Below, piece by piece: positions 51,408 to 58,909 of a stretch of DNA of 64,000 nucleotides. The DNA is taken from positions 3,996-67,995 of the forward strand of contig JBKQWF010000307.1 of assembly GCA_052139695.1 (NCBI GenBank), in the 5' to 3' direction. The translations under genes and the position numbers were made by a program. The notes under the pieces are model-generated. The model was not told the DNA's origin and made no database searches. It saw only the letters and a program-made list of their open reading frames with translations. Origin of the DNA: Limisphaerales bacterium (GTDB lineage Bacteria > Verrucomicrobiota > Verrucomicrobiia > Limisphaerales > Palsa-1400). Each line of letters starts with the position of its first letter. Position 1 is the first letter of the stretch.

Positions 51408-52049
51408 ATGAATGAGGTCAAGTCCGCGAGCCTGGGAGTAACCTGGATTCATCTCGTCAAGACGACGCTTCAGGCTGGAGTATCCATTAATGACGAAACC
51501 CTGGAATTGACCGGGGTAAAAGTTTCTTTTTCCGCCGAGACCCAGGATGACCCCTTGATCCGGCAATTTGGCGACGCCCGCATGATTGCCGAGATGGACA
51601 AAGTCTTTTTCGCGGATGGGGCCAATTCGCTGGGCCATCGTTATTCCGAATTAATGCGCGGACCGGGCGGGCGCCACGATCTTCAGGACGTTATTTCTTT
51701 ATTGCGAGTTGAACCCGCCAGCAAACGCGCGGTCGTCACCTTGTGCGGGCTGGGCAATGGAAAAGTGCCCTGCGTCAACGTGGTTCAATTCCTGGTCCGC
51801 TCCCGCGCCGTCCACACGATCTACTTTGCGCGCGGCCAGGACGTTTTTAAAAAATTCTATGCGGACGCGCTTTGCCTGGCCAAGATGGCGCGGCGCGTGG
51901 CGGAGGCCTTAGGCCTGCCGGCCGGTGGCGTCGAGGGTTTCCTTGGTTCAAGTCATGTCTATCACTCTGATCGAGCCGCGATCGACGGTCTCCTGGCGCG
52001 GGCACAGGAGTTTTTGACCAGGGAACAATTGGAGGGAGCCGTCGGATGA
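51408..52049 (+). CDS. Short thymidylate-synthase-fold protein (archaeal-size ThyA / pyrimidine-NMP C5 transferase-like)
   Basis: 213 aa. Hand alignment to E. coli ThyA: DLQDVISLLRVEPASKRAVV ~ DQITTVLNQLKNDPDSRRIIV; catalytic Cys box KVPCVNVVQF ~ LAPCHAFFQF; ARGQDVFKKFYAD ~ QRSCDVFLGLPFN; GSSHVYHSD ~ GDTHLYSNH. Confidence 0.7.
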   Translation: MNEVKSASLGVTWIHLVKTTLQAGVSINDETLELTGVKVSFSAETQDDPLIRQFGDARMIAEMDKVFFADGANSLGHRYSELMRGPGGRHDLQDVISLLRVEPASKRAVVTLCGLGNGKVPCVNVVQFLVRSRAVHTIYFARGQDVFKKFYADALCLAKMARRVAEALGLPAGGVEGFLGSSHVYHSDRAAIDGLLARAQEFLTREQLEGAVG

Positions 52050-53428
52050 AGATCTTATTCATTGCTCCCCGGTCGTTTAACCCGAAGCAGATGTATCGCG
52101 AATATCCCCTGGGAATCGGTTACCTGGGCACTCTCCTCAAGCAGGAGGGGCACGACGTGCGGATTTTTGACCAAAATGTTGAAGGCCTGGAAGACAACAG
52201 TTTGTGGGAGTTGGTGGCTGCCTTTCAGCCAGACGTTGCCGGCTTTTCCGTCATCACCCCAAACTACCCGGTGGCCCGGCGGCAAATGGGCCGGTTGAAG
52301 CAGGAGCATCCGGAGGTGCGAATCGTTGCCGGCGGCATTCATGCCACGCTCTTTCCCGAAGACCTCGTCGCCGATGGCGCCAATGTGGTTGTGTTGGGCG
52401 AAGGCGAGCCGGTCATTCTTGCGTTAATGGCGGCTTTGCGAGAGGGGCGGGACCCGCGGGGTTTGCCCGGCTTGGTTTTCCGCGACACGGCGGGCGCGCT
52501 GGTCAAAACGGGAGGACAATGCCAGAACCCCTCCCTGGATGAACTGCCGTTCGTGGACCGGAGCCTCTACAATCTGCCGAAGTACACCCATCACTCCATG
52601 CTGGCCTCGCGCGGCTGCCCGCACCATTGCGCTTTTTGTTGCAACTACACCGGGACCGTGCGCAATGACGGCGTGGCCATCCGCTGGCATGAAAAGGTGA
52701 TCGCGGAAATGGAGCATTTGCGCGAGGCCCACGGCGCGCGCGAAATCTTTTTTGCCGATGATATTTTTCTGCTGCGCAAGCACGACATCCTGGAGTTCTG
52801 CCGGGTTTGCGCCGCCCGGGACGTAGGTGTCAAATGGATTGGACAAATGCGCGCGGACCGGGTCGATGCCAGGGTGGCCCAGGCCATGCGCGGCGCCGGA
52901 TGCCAGCGGATTTATTTTGGGGTTGAATCCGGCTCTGACCGCATTTTGCGCGAGGCGAAGAAGGGGATGACTACGGCGCAAATCCGCCGCGGCATCCGCG
53001 CGGCCGTCGAAGCCGGCATGCGGGTGAAAACGGGCTGGATTTACGGCTTGCCCGGCACGTTGGAGGAACAGTACGAGTCTATTCCGTTCATGCTCGATCT
53101 GCGACCGCATGAAATTTCCATCCATCAACTTATTCCGTTTCCGGGAACGATTTATTACCGTGAACCCGCGCGCTTTGGCATCCGCATCGCCGACCCGAAG
53201 GCCTTTGAGTGCTTCTGTTACGGCGGGCTGGATGGCGACATCCGGTTTGATTACCTGAGCCACGGCCAATTGCGCCAATTGCTGGAAGATACCGCCAGCG
53301 CGCTGGAAGCGGCTGGATATGTCAGCAGCGACCAGGCGGGACCCGGTGCGGAGTATATTTACACCACTCCGCTCTCGCGCAATTCCATGAACGTTTTCAG
53401 GCCTGCCGTGTCCGTTCTCGCTGCATGA
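52046..53428 (+). CDS. Class B (B12-binding domain) radical SAM enzyme
   Basis: 460 aa with an ATGA overlap onto the upstream gene. The N-terminal B12-binding-like domain is MKILFIAPRS...LGIGYLGTLLKQEGHDVRIFD...IVAGGIHAT. Cluster motif: ASRGCPHHCAFC. Confidence 0.85.
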   Translation: MKILFIAPRSFNPKQMYREYPLGIGYLGTLLKQEGHDVRIFDQNVEGLEDNSLWELVAAFQPDVAGFSVITPNYPVARRQMGRLKQEHPEVRIVAGGIHATLFPEDLVADGANVVVLGEGEPVILALMAALREGRDPRGLPGLVFRDTAGALVKTGGQCQNPSLDELPFVDRSLYNLPKYTHHSMLASRGCPHHCAFCCNYTGTVRNDGVAIRWHEKVIAEMEHLREAHGAREIFFADDIFLLRKHDILEFCRVCAARDVGVKWIGQMRADRVDARVAQAMRGAGCQRIYFGVESGSDRILREAKKGMTTAQIRRGIRAAVEAGMRVKTGWIYGLPGTLEEQYESIPFMLDLRPHEISIHQLIPFPGTIYYREPARFGIRIADPKAFECFCYGGLDGDIRFDYLSHGQLRQLLEDTASALEAAGYVSSDQAGPGAEYIYTTPLSRNSMNVFRPAVSVLAA

Positions 53429-54105
53429 AGGTTGACCGCGACCCCGGCCTTGAGTCCTTGTTCCTGCCGGAATTTGCCGGCCGGGCCGCTTCCCGCCCGT
53501 TGGTTGTCGCCTTGGAAGGGCCGAATGGCGCGGGAAAAACGACCCTTTGCGAGGCGCTGGCGCGCGGCCTTGGGGCGCGCCGCTGCCTCGGCACCGACGA
53601 AGCCTGGTTTTCCGAAGCTTTTAAAACCCGCATGATCCGTGACGCGGAGTGGTTCAGCTCGGCCCTGTTCTTTCTCAGCGGCTGCTTTGAGCAAATGCGC
53701 GCCTTGCGCAGCCAGCCCGATCCGCTGGTGATCATGGACCGCTCGCTTTGGTCCACCCTCGCGGTCCATGCCGCCGAAGACAGCCGCCGGCTGCAAGCTT
53801 TGCTTGACATGTTGCGTCCGCTGGCGCCGGAAATCCAGGCGCCGGATTTGACTCTCGTGTTGGAAGCGACTTTTGCGACTTGCCAGGCGCGCATCGCCCT
53901 CAAGAGCGGCACCGCCCGCCTTTTGGATCATTTGACCGCGAGGCCGGTCTTTCACGAGCGTGAACAGAAGTTTTACCGCTGGCTGGCGCGGCAGCGCGCC
54001 GATGTCGTATTCCTGGAAGTCAACGGCCTCGACGCGGAATCGGTTGCCGCGCGGGCCTTGAAACTGGTTCGCGAAACGCTACCGCGCCTTTCCGACGTCT
54101 CTTGA
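53425..54105 (+). CDS. P-loop dNMP/thymidylate-kinase-like protein
   Basis: 226 aa with an ATGA overlap. Motifs: VVALEGPNGAGKTTL (EGxxGxGKTT), IMDRSLWSTLAVHAA (DR..S..A block), PDLTLVLEATFATCQARI. Confidence 0.65.
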   Translation: MKVDRDPGLESLFLPEFAGRAASRPLVVALEGPNGAGKTTLCEALARGLGARRCLGTDEAWFSEAFKTRMIRDAEWFSSALFFLSGCFEQMRALRSQPDPLVIMDRSLWSTLAVHAAEDSRRLQALLDMLRPLAPEIQAPDLTLVLEATFATCQARIALKSGTARLLDHLTARPVFHEREQKFYRWLARQRADVVFLEVNGLDAESVAARALKLVRETLPRLSDVS

Positions 54106-54114
54106 AAGTAATCT

Positions 54115-55353
54115 GTGCTCACCCTGGTCACCTCCAACCCCGCCAAGTACGCGCCCTTTGCCTCTGAAATCAAGCGGTTGTGCCTGACGCTCGAGCCGCC
54201 GCCCCAGCCGCTGCCGGAAATCCAGAGCCTGAACTTCTCCGAGACCCTGACGGCCAAGGCGCGGGCGGCCGCCGCCATTTTTGGCCGCCCGGTGCTCATT
54301 GATGACACGGGCCTGGTTTTGGAGGCCTACCCGTCGTTTCCCGGCCCTCTCACCTCAACCGTCCTGCGCAGCCTGGGCAGCGTCGGGCTGGGCCGGCTTC
54401 TGACCGGCGCTTCCGCTCGCGCGGTCATGGAGTGCCACCTGGGTTGCTGGCTCAATGGCTCGCTGCGAAGCTGGACGGGCCGCGTGCGGGGCCGAATTGA
54501 TCTCTCGCCTCCGCATCCAAACCAGCGGATGCCGCTGACGGATTTGTTTGTTCCCGATCCCGGTCCCGGGGGCGCTCTCATAGCGCAAGCCTCCTTGCCC
54601 CACCGCGCCCGCGCCCTGGCGGCCTTGGAAGCCGACATTTTTGAACTTCATCTGCAAACCGCTCCGCCTGGAACGGGCGAACCTGAGGCCTGCGCCAGCC
54701 GAAGTCACACCGCCTACGATTGCCCTTTTTGCGCCGAGATCGAGGGCGACAATGTCAACACCTTCGCTTCCATCATGGGGAACCGGCTTTCTTCGAGGGT
54801 AGTTTACGAAGACGAGCATTTCATGGTCATGCCGCCGTTGGGCGAATTCATGGAAGGCGGGCTGTTGTTATTGACTCGCGAGCACATTCTCTCCCTGGCG
54901 CACCTTCCGCCGGCGCGGTTTCATCATCTTGACAAACTCTTGCAGGCGATTCAAAGCGCGCTCCTCAAGCGTTGGGGCGTCCGTCCGGTCGTTTTTGAGC
55001 ATGGGCCGGCCCCCGAATGGGGCAAGGGCGTCTGCTGCGTCGATCACGCGCATCTCAACATTTTTCCGGCGGCGGTGGAAGTCCACTCCCATCTGGCTGG
55101 GCGGATGCATCTGGCCATCGGTTCGCTTTCCGAATTGACCAAATTGCGCCGTGCCGAGTTTGGCTACCTTTTTGTCCAGGAAAACAACGGCGTCCGCCGC
55201 GCCTACGATGGCCGGGAGGTCCCCACCCAACTGGTGCGGCGCATTCTGACGGCGCAGATGGGTTTCCCCGAGCGATGGCATTGGCGCGACTACCTCGGCG
55301 AGAACGAACTGGTTGCCACCTGTGAAGCTCTTAAGGATCAAATCTCCTTATGA
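54115..55353 (+). CDS. Fusion of Ham1/RdgB-type NTP pyrophosphatase domain and HIT-superfamily domain
   Basis: 412 aa with a GTG start 9 nt after the upstream stop. N-terminal half: LTLVTSNPAKY, PEIQSLNFSETLTAKA, LIDDTGLVLEAYPSFPGPLTS. C-terminal half: CPFCAEIEG, VYEDEHFMVMPP, CCVDHAHLNIFP. Confidence 0.7.
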   Translation: MLTLVTSNPAKYAPFASEIKRLCLTLEPPPQPLPEIQSLNFSETLTAKARAAAAIFGRPVLIDDTGLVLEAYPSFPGPLTSTVLRSLGSVGLGRLLTGASARAVMECHLGCWLNGSLRSWTGRVRGRIDLSPPHPNQRMPLTDLFVPDPGPGGALIAQASLPHRARALAALEADIFELHLQTAPPGTGEPEACASRSHTAYDCPFCAEIEGDNVNTFASIMGNRLSSRVVYEDEHFMVMPPLGEFMEGGLLLLTREHILSLAHLPPARFHHLDKLLQAIQSALLKRWGVRPVVFEHGPAPEWGKGVCCVDHAHLNIFPAAVEVHSHLAGRMHLAIGSLSELTKLRRAEFGYLFVQENNGVRRAYDGREVPTQLVRRILTAQMGFPERWHWRDYLGENELVATCEALKDQISL

Positions 55354-56027
55354 GTGGCGGCCAGTCAAGAATTAGCCCCGTGCGCGAAGTCTATGCCCGC
55401 CGCAGGTTGCGGGCCATTGCCTCCCGCTGGGATGCGCGGGCGGCTTCCTGGGATAGGGCCTTGCAAGACCCGGCCTGTTGTTTCAACGAAGACGACGCTT
55501 ATCGACGCTTCACCGGGGCGGTCCAGCGCCTCATTGCCAAGCATCGGTCGTTTTGCGCGCGGCATGGCGTGATCGACGCCGGATGCGGCACCGGGTTGGT
55601 GCTGGCGGAAGTCTCCTCCGCCTTTGCCTGGGGAATGGGAATCGACATCAGCTCGCGCATGATTCGCCTGGCCCGGGCCAAGCACGTCGCCAAAACAAAA
55701 TTCATCGTCGGCGACTGTTTTGACCTGGCGTCCTTTTGTCCCAAGGCCGGCCTGGTTCTTTCGCGGGGCGTGCTGCTCTCGCATTATGGCCGCGGGCAGG
55801 GCCAGGCCATGCTCCATGCCGCGCGGATGGCCCTCGCGCGCGGGGGATTTTTAGTTTTTGATTTTTTGAATGAGGCAGCCCGCGCGAAGTATCGCCACGC
55901 GCCGGAAAACAAAACCTGGTTCGAGAGGGCGGAAGTCCAGGCCATGGCCGAACGGGCAGGCTTCTCCGCCATCAGGATTTCGGGGCGGCCAGAGCGGCGC
56001 GCCCGCCTGCTGATCGCACGGGCCTGA
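55350..56027 (+). CDS. Class I SAM-dependent methyltransferase
   Basis: 225 aa with an ATGA overlap. Motif I VIDAGCGTGLVLAEV; post-I GIDISSRMI; LARGGFLVFDF. Confidence 0.85.
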   Translation: MSGGQSRISPVREVYARRRLRAIASRWDARAASWDRALQDPACCFNEDDAYRRFTGAVQRLIAKHRSFCARHGVIDAGCGTGLVLAEVSSAFAWGMGIDISSRMIRLARAKHVAKTKFIVGDCFDLASFCPKAGLVLSRGVLLSHYGRGQGQAMLHAARMALARGGFLVFDFLNEAARAKYRHAPENKTWFERAEVQAMAERAGFSAIRISGRPERRARLLIARA

Positions 56028-56053
56028 CGGCTGAAAACGATCTTTTAATCCAC

Positions 56054-56081
56054 TTGACGCTGTTCACACAATTGTTACAAT
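56054..56081 (+). promoter_or_regulatory. Candidate sigma-70 promoter inside the array, upstream of the pyruvate-kinase-like gene
   Basis: TTGACG (56054-56059), a 16-nt spacer, then TACAAT (56076-56081), located in the only sizeable gap (90 nt) of the 51408-58745 array. Confidence 0.45.
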
Positions 56082-56117
56082 TTGGGAAATTAAGGATGGA
56101 ACTTAGCCTGCCAAAGT

Positions 56118-57242
56118 ATGAAGAGAAGCTCCCCTGCCGGGCGGCGCGCAGACGTTGAACATCGTCCAGATCGTCTTCCCCTCCCCACGTGGAAGGTGCC
56201 CGAAATCATGGCCACGCTGGGGCCGACGTTGGAAAAGGAAGAAGACGTGGTCCAGGCGATTGCGGCCGGCGCGCGGTGGATTCGCCTGCACTGCGGCTAC
56301 CGGCAGCGGCCGCACGTGGACAACGGACGGCTGGTGCGGGCCGCGGCTGGCCAAGCCGGAGCGCCCGTGCAACTGCTGCTGGACCTTCCTTCTTCACGTC
56401 CGCGCACCGGCGCGATGCAGGACCTTCGGCTGGCGCTCGGCGACAAAGTCGTTTTTTGGGACCCTGAGATTTCCAGCCAGGCGCCGGCGAAAAATGGCTC
56501 CTGGCCGGTGCCCTTGCCGGGCCTGGGGGAATTATTCGATAAATTGGAGCCAAAACACCGCGTCTTATTTTGCGACGGCCGCATCACTTTTATCGTGGAC
56601 AAATTGGAAGAAGGGTTCGTAGCCGCCCATCTGGCCGATGGAACGATCCCCCTGAAGTCGTCCAATTCCCTTTTTCTGCCCGACAGTTCGAGCGGTTTCC
56701 GTCCGATCACTCCCTTGGATCGAGAGTTGCTGAAAGAATTTGCCGCCGCCAAGGTGATACCGGACTGGGTGGCTTTATCCTTGATTGCCACGCCGGAAGA
56801 TGTCCTTGAAGGGCGGGCGGAGGCGCGCAAGTGCGTTGGACAAGAGATTGGCATCATGGCTAAAATTGAAACCTCGGCGGCGGTGGAGAACGCGGAAGCC
56901 ATTGTCGCTGTCGCTGATGCCATCATGGTGGCGCGCGGCGACCTTGGCCAGGCGGTTGGTTACGCCCGTCTGCCCGAAGTGCAAGAGCAGTTGGTCGCTG
57001 CCGCCCGGCGGGCTGGCAAACCGGTGGTCGTGGCCACCCAAATTCTGGAGACCTACGCGGCCACAGGGCTCCCGCAACGGGCGGAATTGTCAGATCTGTC
57101 GCTGATCGCGCGGCAGCGCGCGGACGTCATCATGTTCGGTAAAGAGACGGTCTTCAGCCCGCGGCCTTTGGATTGCATCCGGCTGGCCAACGAGATTCTC
57201 ACCTACGAGACGCGCCGTTTGGAAAAGGCGTATGGGGCATAG
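56118..57242 (+). CDS. Truncated pyruvate-kinase-family protein (A+B domains only, no C-terminal regulatory domain)
   Basis: 374 aa from the ATG at 56118; an in-frame GTG at 56196 or ATG at 56208 are alternative starts. Motifs: KVPEIMATLGP ~ TKIVCTIGP; LLLDLPSSRPRTG ~ LLDTKGPEIRTG; AIMVARGDLG; VVVATQILETY. The protein ends soon after the barrel. Confidence 0.7.
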   Translation: MKRSSPAGRRADVEHRPDRLPLPTWKVPEIMATLGPTLEKEEDVVQAIAAGARWIRLHCGYRQRPHVDNGRLVRAAAGQAGAPVQLLLDLPSSRPRTGAMQDLRLALGDKVVFWDPEISSQAPAKNGSWPVPLPGLGELFDKLEPKHRVLFCDGRITFIVDKLEEGFVAAHLADGTIPLKSSNSLFLPDSSSGFRPITPLDRELLKEFAAAKVIPDWVALSLIATPEDVLEGRAEARKCVGQEIGIMAKIETSAAVENAEAIVAVADAIMVARGDLGQAVGYARLPEVQEQLVAAARRAGKPVVVATQILETYAATGLPQRAELSDLSLIARQRADVIMFGKETVFSPRPLDCIRLANEILTYETRRLEKAYGA

Positions 57243-58041
57243 CGCTCGATTTGAGCTGAAGTACGTTATCGAAGAAGCTCGAGCGGTGGCGGTGGCCGAT
57301 TTTGTTTCTTCCTATCTCCGACCCTCTGAACATAACGGTTCCGGGCCGATTCGCGGCCATCCGGTGATCAGTCTTTACCTTGATTCTTCCGATGCTTTTT
57401 TCTACCGGCAGGCTTACAACGGGGTGAAGAACCGCATGAAGCTGCGCATCCGCTTTTATGATGATGAATGGAAGCGCCCGGCCTTTTTGGAGGTCAAGCG
57501 CCGGGTCAGCGAGGTCATTTGCAAAGACCGGGCGATGATGACCCGCGAAGGCGTCCGCCAAATTCTCACCAACGGCTGGCCGGAACACCCTTTTTTCGCG
57601 GACAACACCCATCTTATCCACGGCAAACGGCGGGAGGACGTGAACGAGGACTTCTGGCTGTTTGCCAATTCGATGCGGGCCTACGGCTCCATTTACGTCT
57701 CTTACTATCGGGAAATTTTCGAAGCGACGGACGATGAAGAGTTGCGTGTTACGATGGATCGGTATATTCGTGGCAGCCGCTACGACGGCAGCGGCGAATT
57801 GCATGTGCCCAAGCGCGGGTGGCGTCCTTTTTTGCCGCCCTATTTGGCGCCGTTGCGCCACGACGCGGTCATCCTGGAGCTGAAGTTTGACAACCAGGCG
57901 CCGCGCTGGATGTTTGATCTGGTCAAAATCTTCAATCTCCAGCGCGTGCCCGTCTGCAAATATTGCGCCTGCATGTATGCGCAGGATTTGCAATGGCGCC
58001 GCCAGGTGCTGGCCGAACAGGAACATGATTTAGTATTATGA
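57232..58041 (+). CDS. VTC-domain (polyphosphate-polymerase-like, triphosphate-tunnel) protein
   Basis: 269 aa, overlapping the upstream gene by 11 nt. Blocks ARFELKYVIEEARAVAV, ISLYLDS, RMKLRIRFY and FLEVKRR are typical of bacterial VTC/CYTH-like domains. Confidence 0.7.
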   Translation: MGHSARFELKYVIEEARAVAVADFVSSYLRPSEHNGSGPIRGHPVISLYLDSSDAFFYRQAYNGVKNRMKLRIRFYDDEWKRPAFLEVKRRVSEVICKDRAMMTREGVRQILTNGWPEHPFFADNTHLIHGKRREDVNEDFWLFANSMRAYGSIYVSYYREIFEATDDEELRVTMDRYIRGSRYDGSGELHVPKRGWRPFLPPYLAPLRHDAVILELKFDNQAPRWMFDLVKIFNLQRVPVCKYCACMYAQDLQWRRQVLAEQEHDLVL

Positions 58042-58745
58042 ACGACTTCATCAATATGATCGAACACGCCGACCTGACCCGCTCGGTCTGGCCGGGAAAT
58101 CCCGATCCTCTGATTGTGCTCTTTATCATCGTCCTGGCGTTTGCCGTGGGCCTGTTCATCGGCTTCGTCTATATGTGGACGCACGAAGCGCTTTCCTACT
58201 CGCGGACCTATGTCGGCGCCTTGGGCGTGATGCCTCTGATCGTCGCCATGCTCATGCTGTCGATGGCGGGAAATGTCTTCGTCGCCTTCGGCTTGCTCGG
58301 AGTTTTCGGGGTGGTCCGCTTCCGCAACGTGCTCAAAGACACGCGCGATACCGTTTTTATTCTTTGGGCGATCATGGAAGGTGTAGCCGTTGGGACGACT
58401 CGCTTTTCCACCGCGGCCATGGGCGCCCTGGGCATTGGCGGCGCTTTCCTTTGCCTTCGCTTCATCTCCTTCGGCACTCGCCTGCGGTATGACGCGGTCC
58501 TCAGTCTGCGCGTGACGGGGGACGTTCCGGCACGGCTTCCCATCTTGAAGAGCATCCTCAATCGGCATGCCCGCCGCCTCGAACTAGCCAGCGAACGCCG
58601 CGCCAGCAATGAAGGCACCGACATTACCTACCGGCTGCTTTTGCGCGACACTTCTCGTTCCAGCGAACTCCAGGCCGAACTCGCCGGCGCGGAGGGCTTG
58701 GCCAACGTCTCCGTCTATATGCATGAAGACGAGGCGGAAATGTGA
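58038..58745 (+). CDS. DUF4956-like membrane protein (usual partner of bacterial VTC proteins)
   Basis: 235 aa with an ATGA overlap. 3-4 TM helices. The block GLLGVFGVVRFRNVLKDTRDTVFILWAIMEGVAVG matches my recollection of DUF4956. Confidence 0.6.
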   Translation: MNDFINMIEHADLTRSVWPGNPDPLIVLFIIVLAFAVGLFIGFVYMWTHEALSYSRTYVGALGVMPLIVAMLMLSMAGNVFVAFGLLGVFGVVRFRNVLKDTRDTVFILWAIMEGVAVGTTRFSTAAMGALGIGGAFLCLRFISFGTRLRYDAVLSLRVTGDVPARLPILKSILNRHARRLELASERRASNEGTDITYRLLLRDTSRSSELQAELAGAEGLANVSVYMHEDEAEM

Positions 58746-58847
58746 CTTTCGTTTGGGGTGCCAAGAAAATATGCCAACGAGCATACTTAGTAAGCAGGCG
58801 TTGGTCGTTGCCCGACGCTTCTTGATCGCATCCCACTTTAAGGGCTT

Positions 58848-58863
58848 TGGCACGGTCCTAGCT
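58848..58863 (+). promoter_or_regulatory. Candidate sigma-54 (-24/-12) promoter upstream of the RND efflux operon
   Basis: TGGCACGgtccTAGCT versus the consensus TGGCACG-N4-TTGCW. The GG-N10-GC spacing is exact and only one core position mismatches. It lies ~47 nt upstream of the ATG at 58910, which is preceded by the SD-like aaaggaag. Confidence 0.4.
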
Positions 58864-58909
58864 TATCGGCCTCTAAACATCGGTTTATAACTCACCGAAA
58901 GGAAGTTCA

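Noticed and set aside
51270-51638. 122-aa minus-strand ORF overlapping the start of the TS-like gene
   Set aside because: It has no motifs and overlaps a motif-supported + strand gene.
52424-53278. 284-aa minus-strand ORF inside the radical SAM gene, with similar ORFs at 53359-53955, 54868-55341 and 57199-58026
   Set aside because: They are antisense to motif-supported + strand genes that are linked by start/stop overlaps. None has a recognisable domain.
51408-54105. Reading the TS-like and kinase-like genes simply as housekeeping thyA + tmk
   Set aside because: This is not fully rejected and is kept as the null hypothesis in the finding. It is disfavoured by the Asp at the Asn177-equivalent position, by the radical SAM gene wedged between the two genes with ATGA overlaps on both sides, and by the Ham1-HIT and methyltransferase genes in the same coupled unit.
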